A stretch of 64,000 nucleotides of DNA from Kiritimatiellia bacterium (GCA_017540905.1 JAFYAC010000097.1:8383-72382), one strand, 5' to 3'. Shown: positions 43,601 through 52,579, numbered from the stretch's first letter. Translations and numbers: made by a program. Notes: a model not told the origin generated them from the letters alone.

Positions 43601-46557
43601 TGTTGCTCCCCGCGCTCCAAGGAGAGAATCCGCTCGGCATGGGCCTCCCTCGCCAACTCCTCCAGAGCATTTCCACGTTCCAAGGTCTGCACAAGGTCTT
43701 GGACGGCAGGCAGGCGATAGCCTCCAAACCCTGACGACTTTCCTTGTTGGAGTGCCGCGATTATCCCAATCAATTCCTGGGTGATTCTGATTTTCTGTCC
43801 ATTAAGAATGGCCACCTCGTATGGGGCCGTGTTGAACCCCTTGCAGAGTTTTACCACCAAATCGTCGCAATACTCCGCTTGGATGGTTCGATCGAAATCG
43901 AACGCAAGCCCCGCAGCCCCCCCACGGCTGTCGGCAAAAGCAAGCACCTTTCTCCCCTCGCCTGGGGACTGCCGCCTGATTTCGGGATCTTGTTCTGGCG
44001 GGGCGACATGGGCAAATGCCTCCAGTGCCTTGATTTTGAACTGGGTTCCCGTCGCTTCGTAAGGAGTGATGATGCCGTATCGGGCGGTTGCTCCCGCCCC
44101 ACCTCCGCAGGCCGTGCAATGTGGCAGGAAGTTCTCTTGTTTCTCCTTGTGAGGAATCATCCAGTAGATTGTCGTTCCGCCATTGTGGGGGGCAACGCTC
44201 CCGTCAATCAGATTGATTTGCAAGTTCTGGATGGCTTTCTCGGCATCGCCATCTTCATCCCGTTCCGCCCCGCCGAGAGTGAAAGCGTGGAGATGGGTGA
44301 ATCTCCCGATTGGATTCCGGACAAACTGGAAATTATGATGCATGTCATGCTCGGACTGCTTCAGCCCGTTGGTATAACCCAAAAGGTACGGTTGCCCGCA
44401 CCTCCGGCACACTCCCAGCGTATAAATCTGTTCGCCCGTCTCGGCTTTTTCCGCCTCGCTGTGGACAAAATGTGGGCGGGTTGCATCTCCCCCCTCGAAA
44501 TACACACCTACCCCGGAAATATCACGCATCACCTGATGGAAGCGAACGTCAATTAATGGCCGACGTTCGCCGTGGGCCACGGCCAAGCCCCCGAGGGATA
44601 CGAGACGGGCCAAGTGTGGCGGCCCCTTCAGACCTGCTGCTTGTGCCAACTGGCTCAAAGGCAGGTGGTCGCCAGCATGGGCGAAAAAGCGGGCTACATC
44701 ACCACGCCCAGCCATCGCGTTGTAAATCAATTCGTGGTAGTTGTCCCCACTCACCCCTGGCAATGCGGCCTGCCACGCTTCGTTCAGTTCCTTTTCCTCC
44801 TGGTCGAGCTCCACCCCTCGTTCGGCATGTCGGCGTATTGTCTCGCTCCACTCGTTCAAGACGTCCCCGGCAACGTGAATCGCGATGCTTTGAAGATTTC
44901 GGGGTCCATCACTCTCCATTCGGATTTCAGGTTCGAGCAAGGTTTCAATGGCCCGGTAGAGGTAATCCAAGGTTTCCCTGTGTATGCTTTGCAGGGTTCG
45001 CCCATCCGCCAAGGCTTTCCACACATCCATCAGGCTCAACCGGTTGCCCCTCGCGTTGCCGCCGTCGTTCGCTTTCTCGCTTCCGCGCCCATCCAACTCA
45101 TCGTGGAGGACGTCCCGATAATCGCGAAAGTCCGTCGAATAGGTCCGCATCAATCGGCACAGCCAGCGAACTTCTTCCGTCACGAGAATTTGCTTCCCCT
45201 CGACAGGCTGTCCATTCACCCACACCTCTGGATGCCGTTGTCCCCAGAAAGCATCGTCCAACCCAACGATTTCCCCAAGCGAGGCTGCGCCTCCGGCATC
45301 GATGATGCGTTGCAACACGGTCAGGCTTTGCTTCTGGCTTTGATGCTCGCGCCGTTTCGCTTCGTATTCGATGGTCCGGGAATACAGACTTGCGGGTTTT
45401 CCCTCCTTGTTTTCGTCTTCCTGAAATTCTGGCCGGAGGAAGAAATCAGGCTCGGCATCCACAACCGTTTCATCCCTGGCCGCGATTTCCTCGATTTGAC
45501 CCGAAGTGATGTAGAAGGATTCAGCTTCGGCCGGAAACAAGGAAGATGCAAACTCTCGGATTTTCCTGTCCGCGTCCTCTCCGGTCGAAAGCGTGGCGGA
45601 TGTCGCCAAGAACCGTATTTCGTGATCATCTCTCCGCAAACGGTTTTCCAGGCGCCGGAGCAACCAGGCAATCTCCGTCCCTGCGGTTCCCGTATAGGAG
45701 TGGGCCTCATCCAACACGATGAAATCCCAGGGGTCGTCAAACATCCGCGAATCCGGCAACAGCAACAACCTCTCCAGCATCGCGTAGTTCGTCACCAGAA
45801 TGTCCGCCCCGCCTCCTTTCCATTGTGAGCGGTAGCGGAACTCGGTTGGCAGGAAATCCCCATCGAAGGCCCTCTCTTCATCCAACGTCGCCGGACAACC
45901 ATCTCCACCCTCCATGAAGCTGCCCCACAAGCGCTGGAATTCGTCTTTGTCTTTGAGCGTCTCTTCCTTGTAATCCGTTTCGCTCGTATAACGTCCGAAC
46001 GTCACCGCCCCGCACCCCGTCGGCAAATACCGAATCAGCTTGCGCAAACGTCGGAGCTGGTCATTCACCAATGCGTTCATCGGATAGAGAATCAGGGCAC
46101 GGACATGCTTGTGGTAGGCACTCCCCTCTTTCTTCCGTTCCTTCACGATGGCATTGATAATGGGCAACAGGAAGCATTCCGTTTTGCCGCTACCCGTTCC
46201 GGTGCTCACCACCAGATTCTCCCCGGCGGCGACATGCCGGAGCGATTCCAGCTGGTGTGCGTACAGTCGGACCTGCGCAGGGTCCGCATTTGGGTCATCC
46301 AACAGATACCGTGCAAACGCAGTTGCGACTTCCGGCTCCAAATCGCCGCTATCCTTCAAATCGGCCAATGTTTCGCGGGCAGCCCTGTATGCCGTGGCCA
46401 ACTCAAGATAGGGCTCCTTGATGAAATCCAGTTCTTCGCGCTGGAATCGGCCAAACGCCTCCGCAATCGACGGTTTTGCCGCCTTCACGGGCATTGCCCG
46501 GTCAAGATACGTCAAGAGACGGTCTTTGATTTGCTGGGTCGAGGTTTCGATTTTCAT
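40612..46557 (-). CDS. Giant SF2 DEAH helicase with a Cys-rich DUF1998-type C-terminal domain (DruE-like)
   Basis: 1981 aa. Motifs are STGTGSGKT (about 46180-46206), DEAH (45700-45711), SAT, and helicase-C ILSCSTTFEMGIDVG..YRQRAGRAGRR. The C-terminus has CGTCKK..CPCCQG and CRCGEEG..CRECL clusters. The start overlaps the upstream stop (ATGA at 46554-46557). Confidence 0.85.
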   Translation of the reverse strand: MKIETSTQQIKDRLLTYLDRAMPVKAAKPSIAEAFGRFQREELDFIKEPYLELATAYRAARETLADLKDSGDLEPEVATAFARYLLDDPNADPAQVRLYAHQLESLRHVAAGENLVVSTGTGSGKTECFLLPIINAIVKERKKEGSAYHKHVRALILYPMNALVNDQLRRLRKLIRYLPTGCGAVTFGRYTSETDYKEETLKDKDEFQRLWGSFMEGGDGCPATLDEERAFDGDFLPTEFRYRSQWKGGGADILVTNYAMLERLLLLPDSRMFDDPWDFIVLDEAHSYTGTAGTEIAWLLRRLENRLRRDDHEIRFLATSATLSTGEDADRKIREFASSLFPAEAESFYITSGQIEEIAARDETVVDAEPDFFLRPEFQEDENKEGKPASLYSRTIEYEAKRREHQSQKQSLTVLQRIIDAGGAASLGEIVGLDDAFWGQRHPEVWVNGQPVEGKQILVTEEVRWLCRLMRTYSTDFRDYRDVLHDELDGRGSEKANDGGNARGNRLSLMDVWKALADGRTLQSIHRETLDYLYRAIETLLEPEIRMESDGPRNLQSIAIHVAGDVLNEWSETIRRHAERGVELDQEEKELNEAWQAALPGVSGDNYHELIYNAMAGRGDVARFFAHAGDHLPLSQLAQAAGLKGPPHLARLVSLGGLAVAHGERRPLIDVRFHQVMRDISGVGVYFEGGDATRPHFVHSEAEKAETGEQIYTLGVCRRCGQPYLLGYTNGLKQSEHDMHHNFQFVRNPIGRFTHLHAFTLGGAERDEDGDAEKAIQNLQINLIDGSVAPHNGGTTIYWMIPHKEKQENFLPHCTACGGGAGATARYGIITPYEATGTQFKIKALEAFAHVAPPEQDPEIRRQSPGEGRKVLAFADSRGGAAGLAFDFDRTIQAEYCDDLVVKLCKGFNTAPYEVAILNGQKIRITQELIGIIAALQQGKSSGFGGYRLPAVQDLVQTLERGNALEELAREAHAERILSLERGEQQPFNTGRQTRNRQGTGSSQHVLLDKLLAAKFLVLKALLAGNRRVGLLPSKRIRIKSKILDELTRENTYYDDLFQPPFDGVPDEAMKSLLQEIYGYLLQKGKIFFGAEVRQDEDRDLQSWFYRYEPKKVMRSDIAPTNTRANHRLSGMVHRCLNSCGLGDHETAEGNLRQSIFSLFTDGTGILVELGDGYVFRFGQTDGQQGADSSSLCEDLIVEIGEQGVQLSGTIPFVIQEHTAQIDSRLGAIFQREFSSGQINILSCSTTFEMGIDVGSLNNVFLGNMPPQVANYRQRAGRAGRRPGAEPYILTLCGSQSFYDSECFKNPQMLFFGEIEPPRLYLERPQFAARHFRAEALHDFLQFIAQKRNSDDQAEKEAARKWKKVSHFLVGWQAGRNEQGQAVARSISATCCDWLGRWATERKDIVEYVIAGVRGYSADFLANITGGSYSAVDDVVFQVIGLEGFPHLHGREGYEFCRDLGGCHMPEVVGKNQLQENQWKRWHCLKERLEWKINLLADGSTRSDAVNQPITDTNGQLRDGMPLSLSQRKLLEVQTIDALSEACVLPRYGFPVDTLELKPDKDDQQAHGVKLARPAHLGIFEYAPGQSVYANKLRFRSRAAKVYMFRPGDAARTADAQGTPLPYCGTCKKVFLQKPSGGRCPCCQGALTPHGFAWPELFLADSSTTNPPTDFEPRGQRLVSWSGDIPQEGRHPVPGLGFSICEPSERAIHYVNPGSDFHGFGGLFYLYESPTNVAIWIPGFWASTAEFPNWSPQRISNAHLSAMYALRRGIAKTLKVNERDVGCLLQAYQNQGQESFWFVFFDADTGGGSGCVLDLLPSVRDEDGRQWSARIRAIVDAALALLRGCRCGEEGVNPSREPVDTVKVNSDQRHVASCRECLRTFDNQREHGKLDRFDGLKVLEKLLGGGGHLPTTVINTLREAEELQNEEIEKEPVDSSQPGWRPVEGFRYWLADGTEIARWSEAKHGALRSQVVAKEKARRRK

Positions 46558-49500
46558 CTTACTTCACTCATGTTGTTTGAGCTTGAGTCATGGGTTCTTT
46601 TGCACATCCAGCAACAGGCGCCAAATTCCCGGCGCAAGTCCCTATGCTGCACAACTGTCTCGAAAAGGTGTTCCAGAATCAACCCGCTTTGCCCGGTCAA
46701 GCGGAGGGTGGGATGCAGAAAGCGCAGATACCGGACCGCCGCCAGGCAAAAGACCCATTCCGTGTCAGTTGTCCACTTAGCCACCATCCGCTGCATCCGG
46801 TTGGAAGCCGACCAGAGTTCAAGTTGGGCCAAGAATGCCTCTTTGAGTTGTATGAGCGGACTGTTTTCGATTGCAACAGAAGACAGAATTGACGACGGCG
46901 ATGGGCAAGGGCCTTGCAGGAGACGGCCCACCTCGCCGTGCAATGTCGCCGCATTCATGCACCTCAACTGATCGTCGTTGGCCTGAAAAACCTTTTCACC
47001 GGCAAAAATCTCCTTGTCCATCATCCGGTTCTTTATTTGCGGCAATCTCAAGCACATTTCACAAACACCGGCATAAGATTTGAATCTGGTCTGCAAATCA
47101 GGTGTGTCCTGAAACCTGGCAACAATCTGTCTCAATAGTTGCATGGTTTCGACGGATGGACTCGCACCATGCGCCCGGGCACATACCATTGCCGCCAAAC
47201 AGAATACCCATTCCCGGTCAGAGGGCACTCCATACGGTACCTTCGGACTCCTGCCGTTGGTAGCCTGCGACATCGTTTCCAACAAGTCTGCCAACAGCTC
47301 GAATCCCGGATGATTGCCAGAATCAAGGGATTGCCGTAACAATTCGATGGGGGTGGGGTGCGTGTTGTCGGGGAAGACAAGGGGCTTCTCGCCTTGTTCC
47401 AAAGTGAGTTCACGGACACTGATGTTGTTGTCCAAATGCTCATCATGTACTATCCGCCTCACCAGATCCTGGTAGTGGCAATCTTCAAGATTTCGCGTTC
47501 CCGGGAGTGCCCATCGCAGGAAAATCCCCAATCGTTCCCCAGACTCTATCACCTTGAAATATGCCGCCCTGTGATTCTCCAACAGCGTGCGGACATCCTT
47601 TCTGATCCTGTCCCGACGCCCTCTGTAGCCGAGCCCCCGCAAGCGGGCATCAAATTGTTCCTCCCTTTGATTGGCATCCGCATCCCACCACCAACGGACA
47701 AATTCCAGCCAATAAAAGAGTTCCACGGAACGCTCTTGTATTGCCGGTGGCAAAGGTGGAAACCGCAAAAAACCATCCTTGACCATCTCCTGCAATCCCC
47801 ACGCCACGCCTTCCAAAACCGGTTGGAAACCACTGGCCAACCATGTCCTGAAGAGCTCCATCCATGAGGAAACTTGCGTACAAACCTGGGTTTGGCACAA
47901 GGATTCAACAGTATTTTTCCACCCGGCGCGTATTTCTTCTGATGTGGCCGTTTGGGGAGTGGTGAAAATGTGCATTCTCCGAACGGGGTGTTCCGTGGCA
48001 GTCAACTGGAAGCCCACGGCTTTCAGTGTTGGCAGGACAGGCATCATTTCGGCGGGATAAATCGGAACGGCACTCTGTGAATCCTGGCGGAGAAGGCAAC
48101 ATGCAGGATCACAACCCAAGGCAGCATAGAAAAGTTGAGTCACACCTTCCATGTGGGGGAACGCAGATAGGACGGCGTCATATCCGTTCGTGCGTTTGCA
48201 AAAGTCTTGCCATGCAGAATCAATATCAAGGAATCGAATCCCCGGGCGGGTTTCCCCCAGCTTTGTTCCCGTTAGCAACAAGTCGGGTGATTGGTCCGAA
48301 AAAACATATATCTCGTATATGCTCTGTTCGCTTTCAGGCACGTACAACCCAAGATGTCCTTTGAGATCCAGACAGAAGGTGGCGTTGCCGGGACCGCGTT
48401 GAAGGTAGCGGAAAAACGTAATGCCTTGGTGTTGCCATTCGCGGACTTCGGCATTGGGCGTGTATCGGTACCCTTTCCCCGCTTCGGTCAGTTTTCGCAA
48501 GTTGCCCCGCCAATACCCTTCTTCCGATAGATACCAAGTGCGGTTGTCCCCAGCCGGTGAACCACAGTGGGCGGGAAGGCACAGATACAAGTATTTCAGG
48601 GATTCATCGTCGATTGCAGGAGCATTGCCTTTTGTGAAAACGGATTGGCCCTTGAAGTCCTTCAATCCATTCTTTTCGTGGTAATTCTGCTGGCCGAGCT
48701 CAAACCACCAATATGGACTGTCACCGGCAATGGGTTCTCGTATGTCGAGAGGCGCATCGCCTTGGTGAACCAAATGGATTCTCCGTTTTCCGTCGATCCA
48801 GTCCGGGATGGCCGTGGGGGCTACCACCTCCGTGGCCGTCCAATTGGCTGGGCATGGCGACCCCGAAAGCAACCCTCGGCGGACCCCATCCGGCAACACA
48901 ATTCCCGAGACGGCCGCCCCTGTGGTGTCAGATTTGATCATACCCCCATCGTTATCGCGGCAGGAAATGCGAAGGTGATGCAATGTATGGTCTTTGAAAT
49001 CAACTTGCGGGAAGGCATCACGGAGCAACACGTTCAAATCGTTGCCGAGGCCGTTCCACACGGACTGGCCGTCCAAGGTAAAATTCCAGTTGTACCCCTG
49101 GTGCGGTCTGGCATTGTCCACACGCAATCGCAAAGCTTGTCCTGGAAACACCACGATTCGGTTGTCGGAAGGCAATGTTTCAACCTGATCGGGATTCCCT
49201 TCGATGCAGATGGTCGGAATTGCCCCGAGAATGGTGATGGTGCCAAATTCTTCACCCTTGTACAAAAACTTCAGCGGGACATCTTCATTGGGAGGGCGCC
49301 GGGTGATACGGTAAACTCGTATCGGATGGTTCTCAACCTCACCGTCGTCTTGTCTGCCTTCAAAACGCTGTTGTAATTCCTCGTGGACAACTGCCATTTC
49401 CAATGCGGGATTGTCGCAACACCAGCCAAGGTCTTGCAAGCTGCCCTCGTCCCGGGCACAAATCAGGATGTCATGTTGGTTCCGTTTCAGTTCGGGGGGC

Positions 49501-50504
49501 GTGTTGTCGGGGTTCCACCACTTGTCGGCCTCGCGCCACCAATTGCGCCGCCGAATGTCCGTAATCCGATGCCGGAGGAAAACACCAAAGGGAATATCCC
49601 GGCGTGGAAACAATACGCTGTCTTTTCTGTTCCTTGGGTCTTCCTTCTCCTGGCTGTTGCAAGTTCCCCAACGATGCTTGCAATACTTGACTTCCACTTC
49701 GTGTTTCAGTGGCACGGGGGCAAACCAGGCGTAATCGTTTTCAATTTTCTGCCCCTTGATTCCATCGACCTCAAAACTCCGCCACTCTTGATTGGTTTGC
49801 TTGCTCGGGAAGCAATCAAATCCAACACCGAATTGGGCCACACCGTCATCAGGCAGACGCAAATACCAGTCCACCCATGCCTCAGCCCCCACACGATAGA
49901 GACAGGCATCGTGGATGGCTTCCCAAGATGGCTCGGTTGAGTGCCCACGCAAGTCTTCAGGCACTTCTCCGGTTGCCAGCCATTCCACCAGCTGGGAAAA
50001 CTCCCTTCGTTCGATTGTGTCTGTTGCCATCAAAAGACGTATCCAGGAAGACTCCTTGGCGTCTTCACCCTCCACACGGATTTCTCCATCTGCCAGAAAA
50101 CTGTGCTTGGCCTTGCGGATGCAATTCCAAATCTTTGAATGGAAACCTGTTTCTTCCGTGCGGGTATCCAAACACCAACATTTTGAGAGAAAAGAAGTCC
50201 TGTCGCAGGGCAGATAATCATGTCCCATTCGCTTCAAGGCATCACCCCAGATGTCCTGGGGGCGTTTCCCGGCTGGGAATCGTTCTGGCCAACTGCACTT
50301 GGAAAAGTCCCAACCATCCGATTTGTTGAAGAAATCAACAAACCAGACAGCCAGGCGGGCCACCGGAATGCAATCGAAATGGGGATAATCTTTGATGGCT
50401 CTGCAAGTATCTTCGTCCAATTCGAGCGCGATACGGAACAGTGACGCCCCTTGCTTAAGGCGGCTCATTATTTCAGTGTTCTTTTGGAAGACATCAATGG
50501 CCAT
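46554..50504 (-). CDS. Hypothetical 1316-aa protein, first gene of the island operon (DruH-like by position and size only)
   Basis: Uninterrupted low-GC ORF starting MAIDVFQKN. I saw no Walker, nuclease or other catalytic motif. The C-terminus has a duplicated about 54-aa module, EWVFCLAA...CxxC. Confidence 0.75.
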   Translation of the reverse strand: MAIDVFQKNTEIMSRLKQGASLFRIALELDEDTCRAIKDYPHFDCIPVARLAVWFVDFFNKSDGWDFSKCSWPERFPAGKRPQDIWGDALKRMGHDYLPCDRTSFLSKCWCLDTRTEETGFHSKIWNCIRKAKHSFLADGEIRVEGEDAKESSWIRLLMATDTIERREFSQLVEWLATGEVPEDLRGHSTEPSWEAIHDACLYRVGAEAWVDWYLRLPDDGVAQFGVGFDCFPSKQTNQEWRSFEVDGIKGQKIENDYAWFAPVPLKHEVEVKYCKHRWGTCNSQEKEDPRNRKDSVLFPRRDIPFGVFLRHRITDIRRRNWWREADKWWNPDNTPPELKRNQHDILICARDEGSLQDLGWCCDNPALEMAVVHEELQQRFEGRQDDGEVENHPIRVYRITRRPPNEDVPLKFLYKGEEFGTITILGAIPTICIEGNPDQVETLPSDNRIVVFPGQALRLRVDNARPHQGYNWNFTLDGQSVWNGLGNDLNVLLRDAFPQVDFKDHTLHHLRISCRDNDGGMIKSDTTGAAVSGIVLPDGVRRGLLSGSPCPANWTATEVVAPTAIPDWIDGKRRIHLVHQGDAPLDIREPIAGDSPYWWFELGQQNYHEKNGLKDFKGQSVFTKGNAPAIDDESLKYLYLCLPAHCGSPAGDNRTWYLSEEGYWRGNLRKLTEAGKGYRYTPNAEVREWQHQGITFFRYLQRGPGNATFCLDLKGHLGLYVPESEQSIYEIYVFSDQSPDLLLTGTKLGETRPGIRFLDIDSAWQDFCKRTNGYDAVLSAFPHMEGVTQLFYAALGCDPACCLLRQDSQSAVPIYPAEMMPVLPTLKAVGFQLTATEHPVRRMHIFTTPQTATSEEIRAGWKNTVESLCQTQVCTQVSSWMELFRTWLASGFQPVLEGVAWGLQEMVKDGFLRFPPLPPAIQERSVELFYWLEFVRWWWDADANQREEQFDARLRGLGYRGRRDRIRKDVRTLLENHRAAYFKVIESGERLGIFLRWALPGTRNLEDCHYQDLVRRIVHDEHLDNNISVRELTLEQGEKPLVFPDNTHPTPIELLRQSLDSGNHPGFELLADLLETMSQATNGRSPKVPYGVPSDREWVFCLAAMVCARAHGASPSVETMQLLRQIVARFQDTPDLQTRFKSYAGVCEMCLRLPQIKNRMMDKEIFAGEKVFQANDDQLRCMNAATLHGEVGRLLQGPCPSPSSILSSVAIENSPLIQLKEAFLAQLELWSASNRMQRMVAKWTTDTEWVFCLAAVRYLRFLHPTLRLTGQSGLILEHLFETVVQHRDLRREFGACCWMCKRTHDSSSNNMSEVR

Positions 50505-50790
50505 CGCTCATTTCTCTATTCGCATATACACCCTGTCACGAAAAGCGCGCGCCTCGTCCCCGCCTCTTTGAGAGGCCGTAGGAAGCCCATTGGCAGACGG
50601 GAAAGCGGGACGCGCGTGCGTGGAAGCGCACCAACGCGAAGCCGCCTGCCGATGAAGAAATTTCCTACGTTTCTCAAAGCAGCCACTTCTCATTCTTGCG
50701 TGAATCGGTAAGTTTTGGACGCCGCGGCCGGTCAACCGGAGACCGGGGTCTGGCGAGCACCCCCATGGATACCCCGTTGCCCGACCGTTT

Positions 50791-50959
50791 GGCGAGCCGA
50801 AACTGCGTCATCCGCGAAACCGATTTACCGCGCCCCGCGCGCCCGTTTTCCCGTACAAATCAACCCAGCATCAACCATCCTCTCGTTTCATCATTCGTTC
50901 CTTCCATCCTCTCCACTCGTCCCTCGCCCCCCGAATCTGACAACCGCCGCCCGGCAATC
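50791..50959. repeat. About 170-bp dispersed repeat, copy 1 (GGCGAGCCGAAACTGCGTCATCCGCGAAACCGATTTACCGCG...)
   Basis: Near-identical to 51288-51456 and 55013-55181 by eye. It ends in CCGAATCTGACAACCGCCGCCCGGCAATC. Confidence 0.8.
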
Positions 50960-51230
50960 CCCGAAAAAACAAACTCCGATTGGTCCGATGCCTGCGCCAA
51001 CGCTCCGGCTGACAGGAAAACAACTCGAAACAATTTGAAAACAACTCGGGACAAGGGGCCTTTCATCCTCATTGAAAAACGGGCACAAGAATGCCGAAAC
51101 ACCATTCTTGTGCCCGCCAACTGGCCCAAGGTGTTTTCTTTCTCTCTCTCCTTCTGCCTCCCTCCCGCCTTTCAATGTCCGCGAAGCGGTTTTCATGGTT
51201 TTCAATGTTGACCATCCTCCCGCACTCCAG

Positions 51231-51456
51231 CCGCCCGCAGGGCGCACCGCACTTCGTACTTCTTCCTTCTTCCTTCTTACTTTCTGCGGCGAGCCGAAAC
51301 TGCGTCATCCGCGAAACCGATTTACCGCGCCCCGCGCGCCCGCTTTCCCGTACAAATCAACCCACCATCCATCATCCTCCCGTTTCAGCATTCGTTCCTT
51401 CCATCCTCTCCACTCGTCCCCCGGCACCCGAATCTGACAACCGCCGCCCGGCAATC
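51231..51456. repeat. About 226-bp repeat unit (REP hairpin plus the 170-bp repeat), copy 2
   Basis: Collinear with 54956-55181, including the leader CCGCCCGCAGGGCGCACCGCACTTCGTACTTCTTCCTTCTTCC. Confidence 0.8.
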
Positions 51457-51775
51457 TCACGCAGAGCCGCAGAGAGGCAGAGGCGCAGAGGCTTGTCAGC
51501 ACAAAAAGGCAGAAAGGACATGTAGGAGGATCAAGACCCTTTCTTCTTCAACCCAACGTGCGCAGCGCCGTGATGGGTTGGTCTCGACCGACCCGTCACG
51601 GCGCTGCTCACACTTTGCAAGGAAAGGAAAAGAAAAGATGCATGTCCATCCTCCTTCTCCATGTACTTTTTGTCCTTTTGTGCTTTCTGTCGCCTCTCCG
51701 CGTCTCCGCGACTCCGCGTGAGCTTTTGTCTCCCCAAGCCCTCTGCGCCTCCGCCTCTCTGCGCCTCTGCGTGAG
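51456..51775. repeat. Large imperfect palindrome (37-bp-plus arms around a 17-bp-stem hairpin)
   Basis: Arm 51456-51492 (CTCACGCAGAGCCGCAGAGAGGCAGAGGCGCAGAGGC) is approximately the reverse complement of 51739-51775. The central hairpin GCAGCGCCGTGATGGGT...ACCCGTCACGGCGCTGC lies within 51558-51612. A related arm sequence is at 36534-36571. Confidence 0.65.
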
Positions 51776-51931
51776 ACCAATCAGAGTTCCTCTTGCCTCC
51801 CTTTGTCCCTGTTTGTCTTCCTTTCAAAAATTGTTTTCGGTTGTTTTCCAAGTTGTTGCGAGTTGTTTTTCCCATGCCCCCTCCAAGCCCCCGAAACGCC
51901 GGCGGAGTCCCCGGTATCTCCTGGCAAAATG

Positions 51932-52255
51932 TCAAGGCTGGGGCTGTTGGACCGGCACAACCTTCCAGACACCGTGGGCGCGGCCACCTTCCCGGACGAG
52001 GCGGCCGGAGATGGAAAGTTGTTTGATGTGGTCTGCAATCGCCCGCCGCGAGATGCCAATGCGTTTCGCCATCTGCTCCGTTGTCATGCCGCCATTTTCC
52101 GAAACAAGTTGAAGAATGGCCTCGTTGACGGGAGAGCTGGTTGTTTGTGAAGTTGTTTGTGAAGCTGTTTGTGAAGTTGTTTGTGAAGTTGTTTCCGGGT
52201 TGTGGCTTTCGACAAGGGGAATCGTCACCTTGAACTGGTCTTCTTCGTCCCGCCC
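51932..52255 (-). pseudogene. 3' remnant of an AlbA_2/HATPase_c_4-type (RecG-like) putative transcriptional regulator
   Basis: It encodes QFKVTIPL, a TTSQTTSQTASQTTSQTT low-complexity linker, and a wHTH (ILQLVSENGGMTTEQMAKRIGISRRAIADHIKQLSISGRLVREGGRAHGVWKV). This is the typical C-terminus of that family, but no N-terminal domains are present. Confidence 0.5.
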
Positions 52256-52579
52256 GCAGAGCGCTCCCCCTTTGTCCTGTTTGCCTTCTTTCCAAGAAGT
52301 TGTTTCCGTTTGTTTCCCAAGTTGTTGCGAGTTGTTTTTCCGTCCTGTTGTCCCGGGCAGTCCAAGTTGTCTCCCGGAACGTCCTCCCGCTTCCCAAGCC
52401 ACTCTGGAGCCGCCAATCGCAAACAACTCAAACAACTTGAAAAACAACTCGGGACAAGGGGCCTTTCATCCTCATCGAGAAACGGGCACAAGAATGGGAT
52501 TTCATGATTTCCGTGCCCGTATTTGGCCGCAAGACCCAAAGCGGTTTAAGAAATAATGTGGCCGCATTGGAAAGGGAGA

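Larger units (their letters stand above)
38340..50560. other. Low-GC genomic island (about 12 kb)
   Basis: Hand counts on four 60-nt lines inside gave 42, 52, 53 and 60% GC, against about 70% for a flank line. The island is bounded by native repeats on both sides. It has no integrase and I found no flanking direct repeat. Confidence 0.75.

Noticed and set aside
50505-50700. Promoter for the island operon
   Set aside because: There are several weak hexamer candidates (for example GTGACA and TATATG), but none has acceptable spacing. I left it uncalled.
51531-52447. Track ORFs of 288 aa and 171 aa as intact genes
   Set aside because: Only the last about 107 codons of the 171-aa frame resemble a real protein (linker plus wHTH). 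The upstream parts read through repeat DNA. I called a 3' remnant instead.
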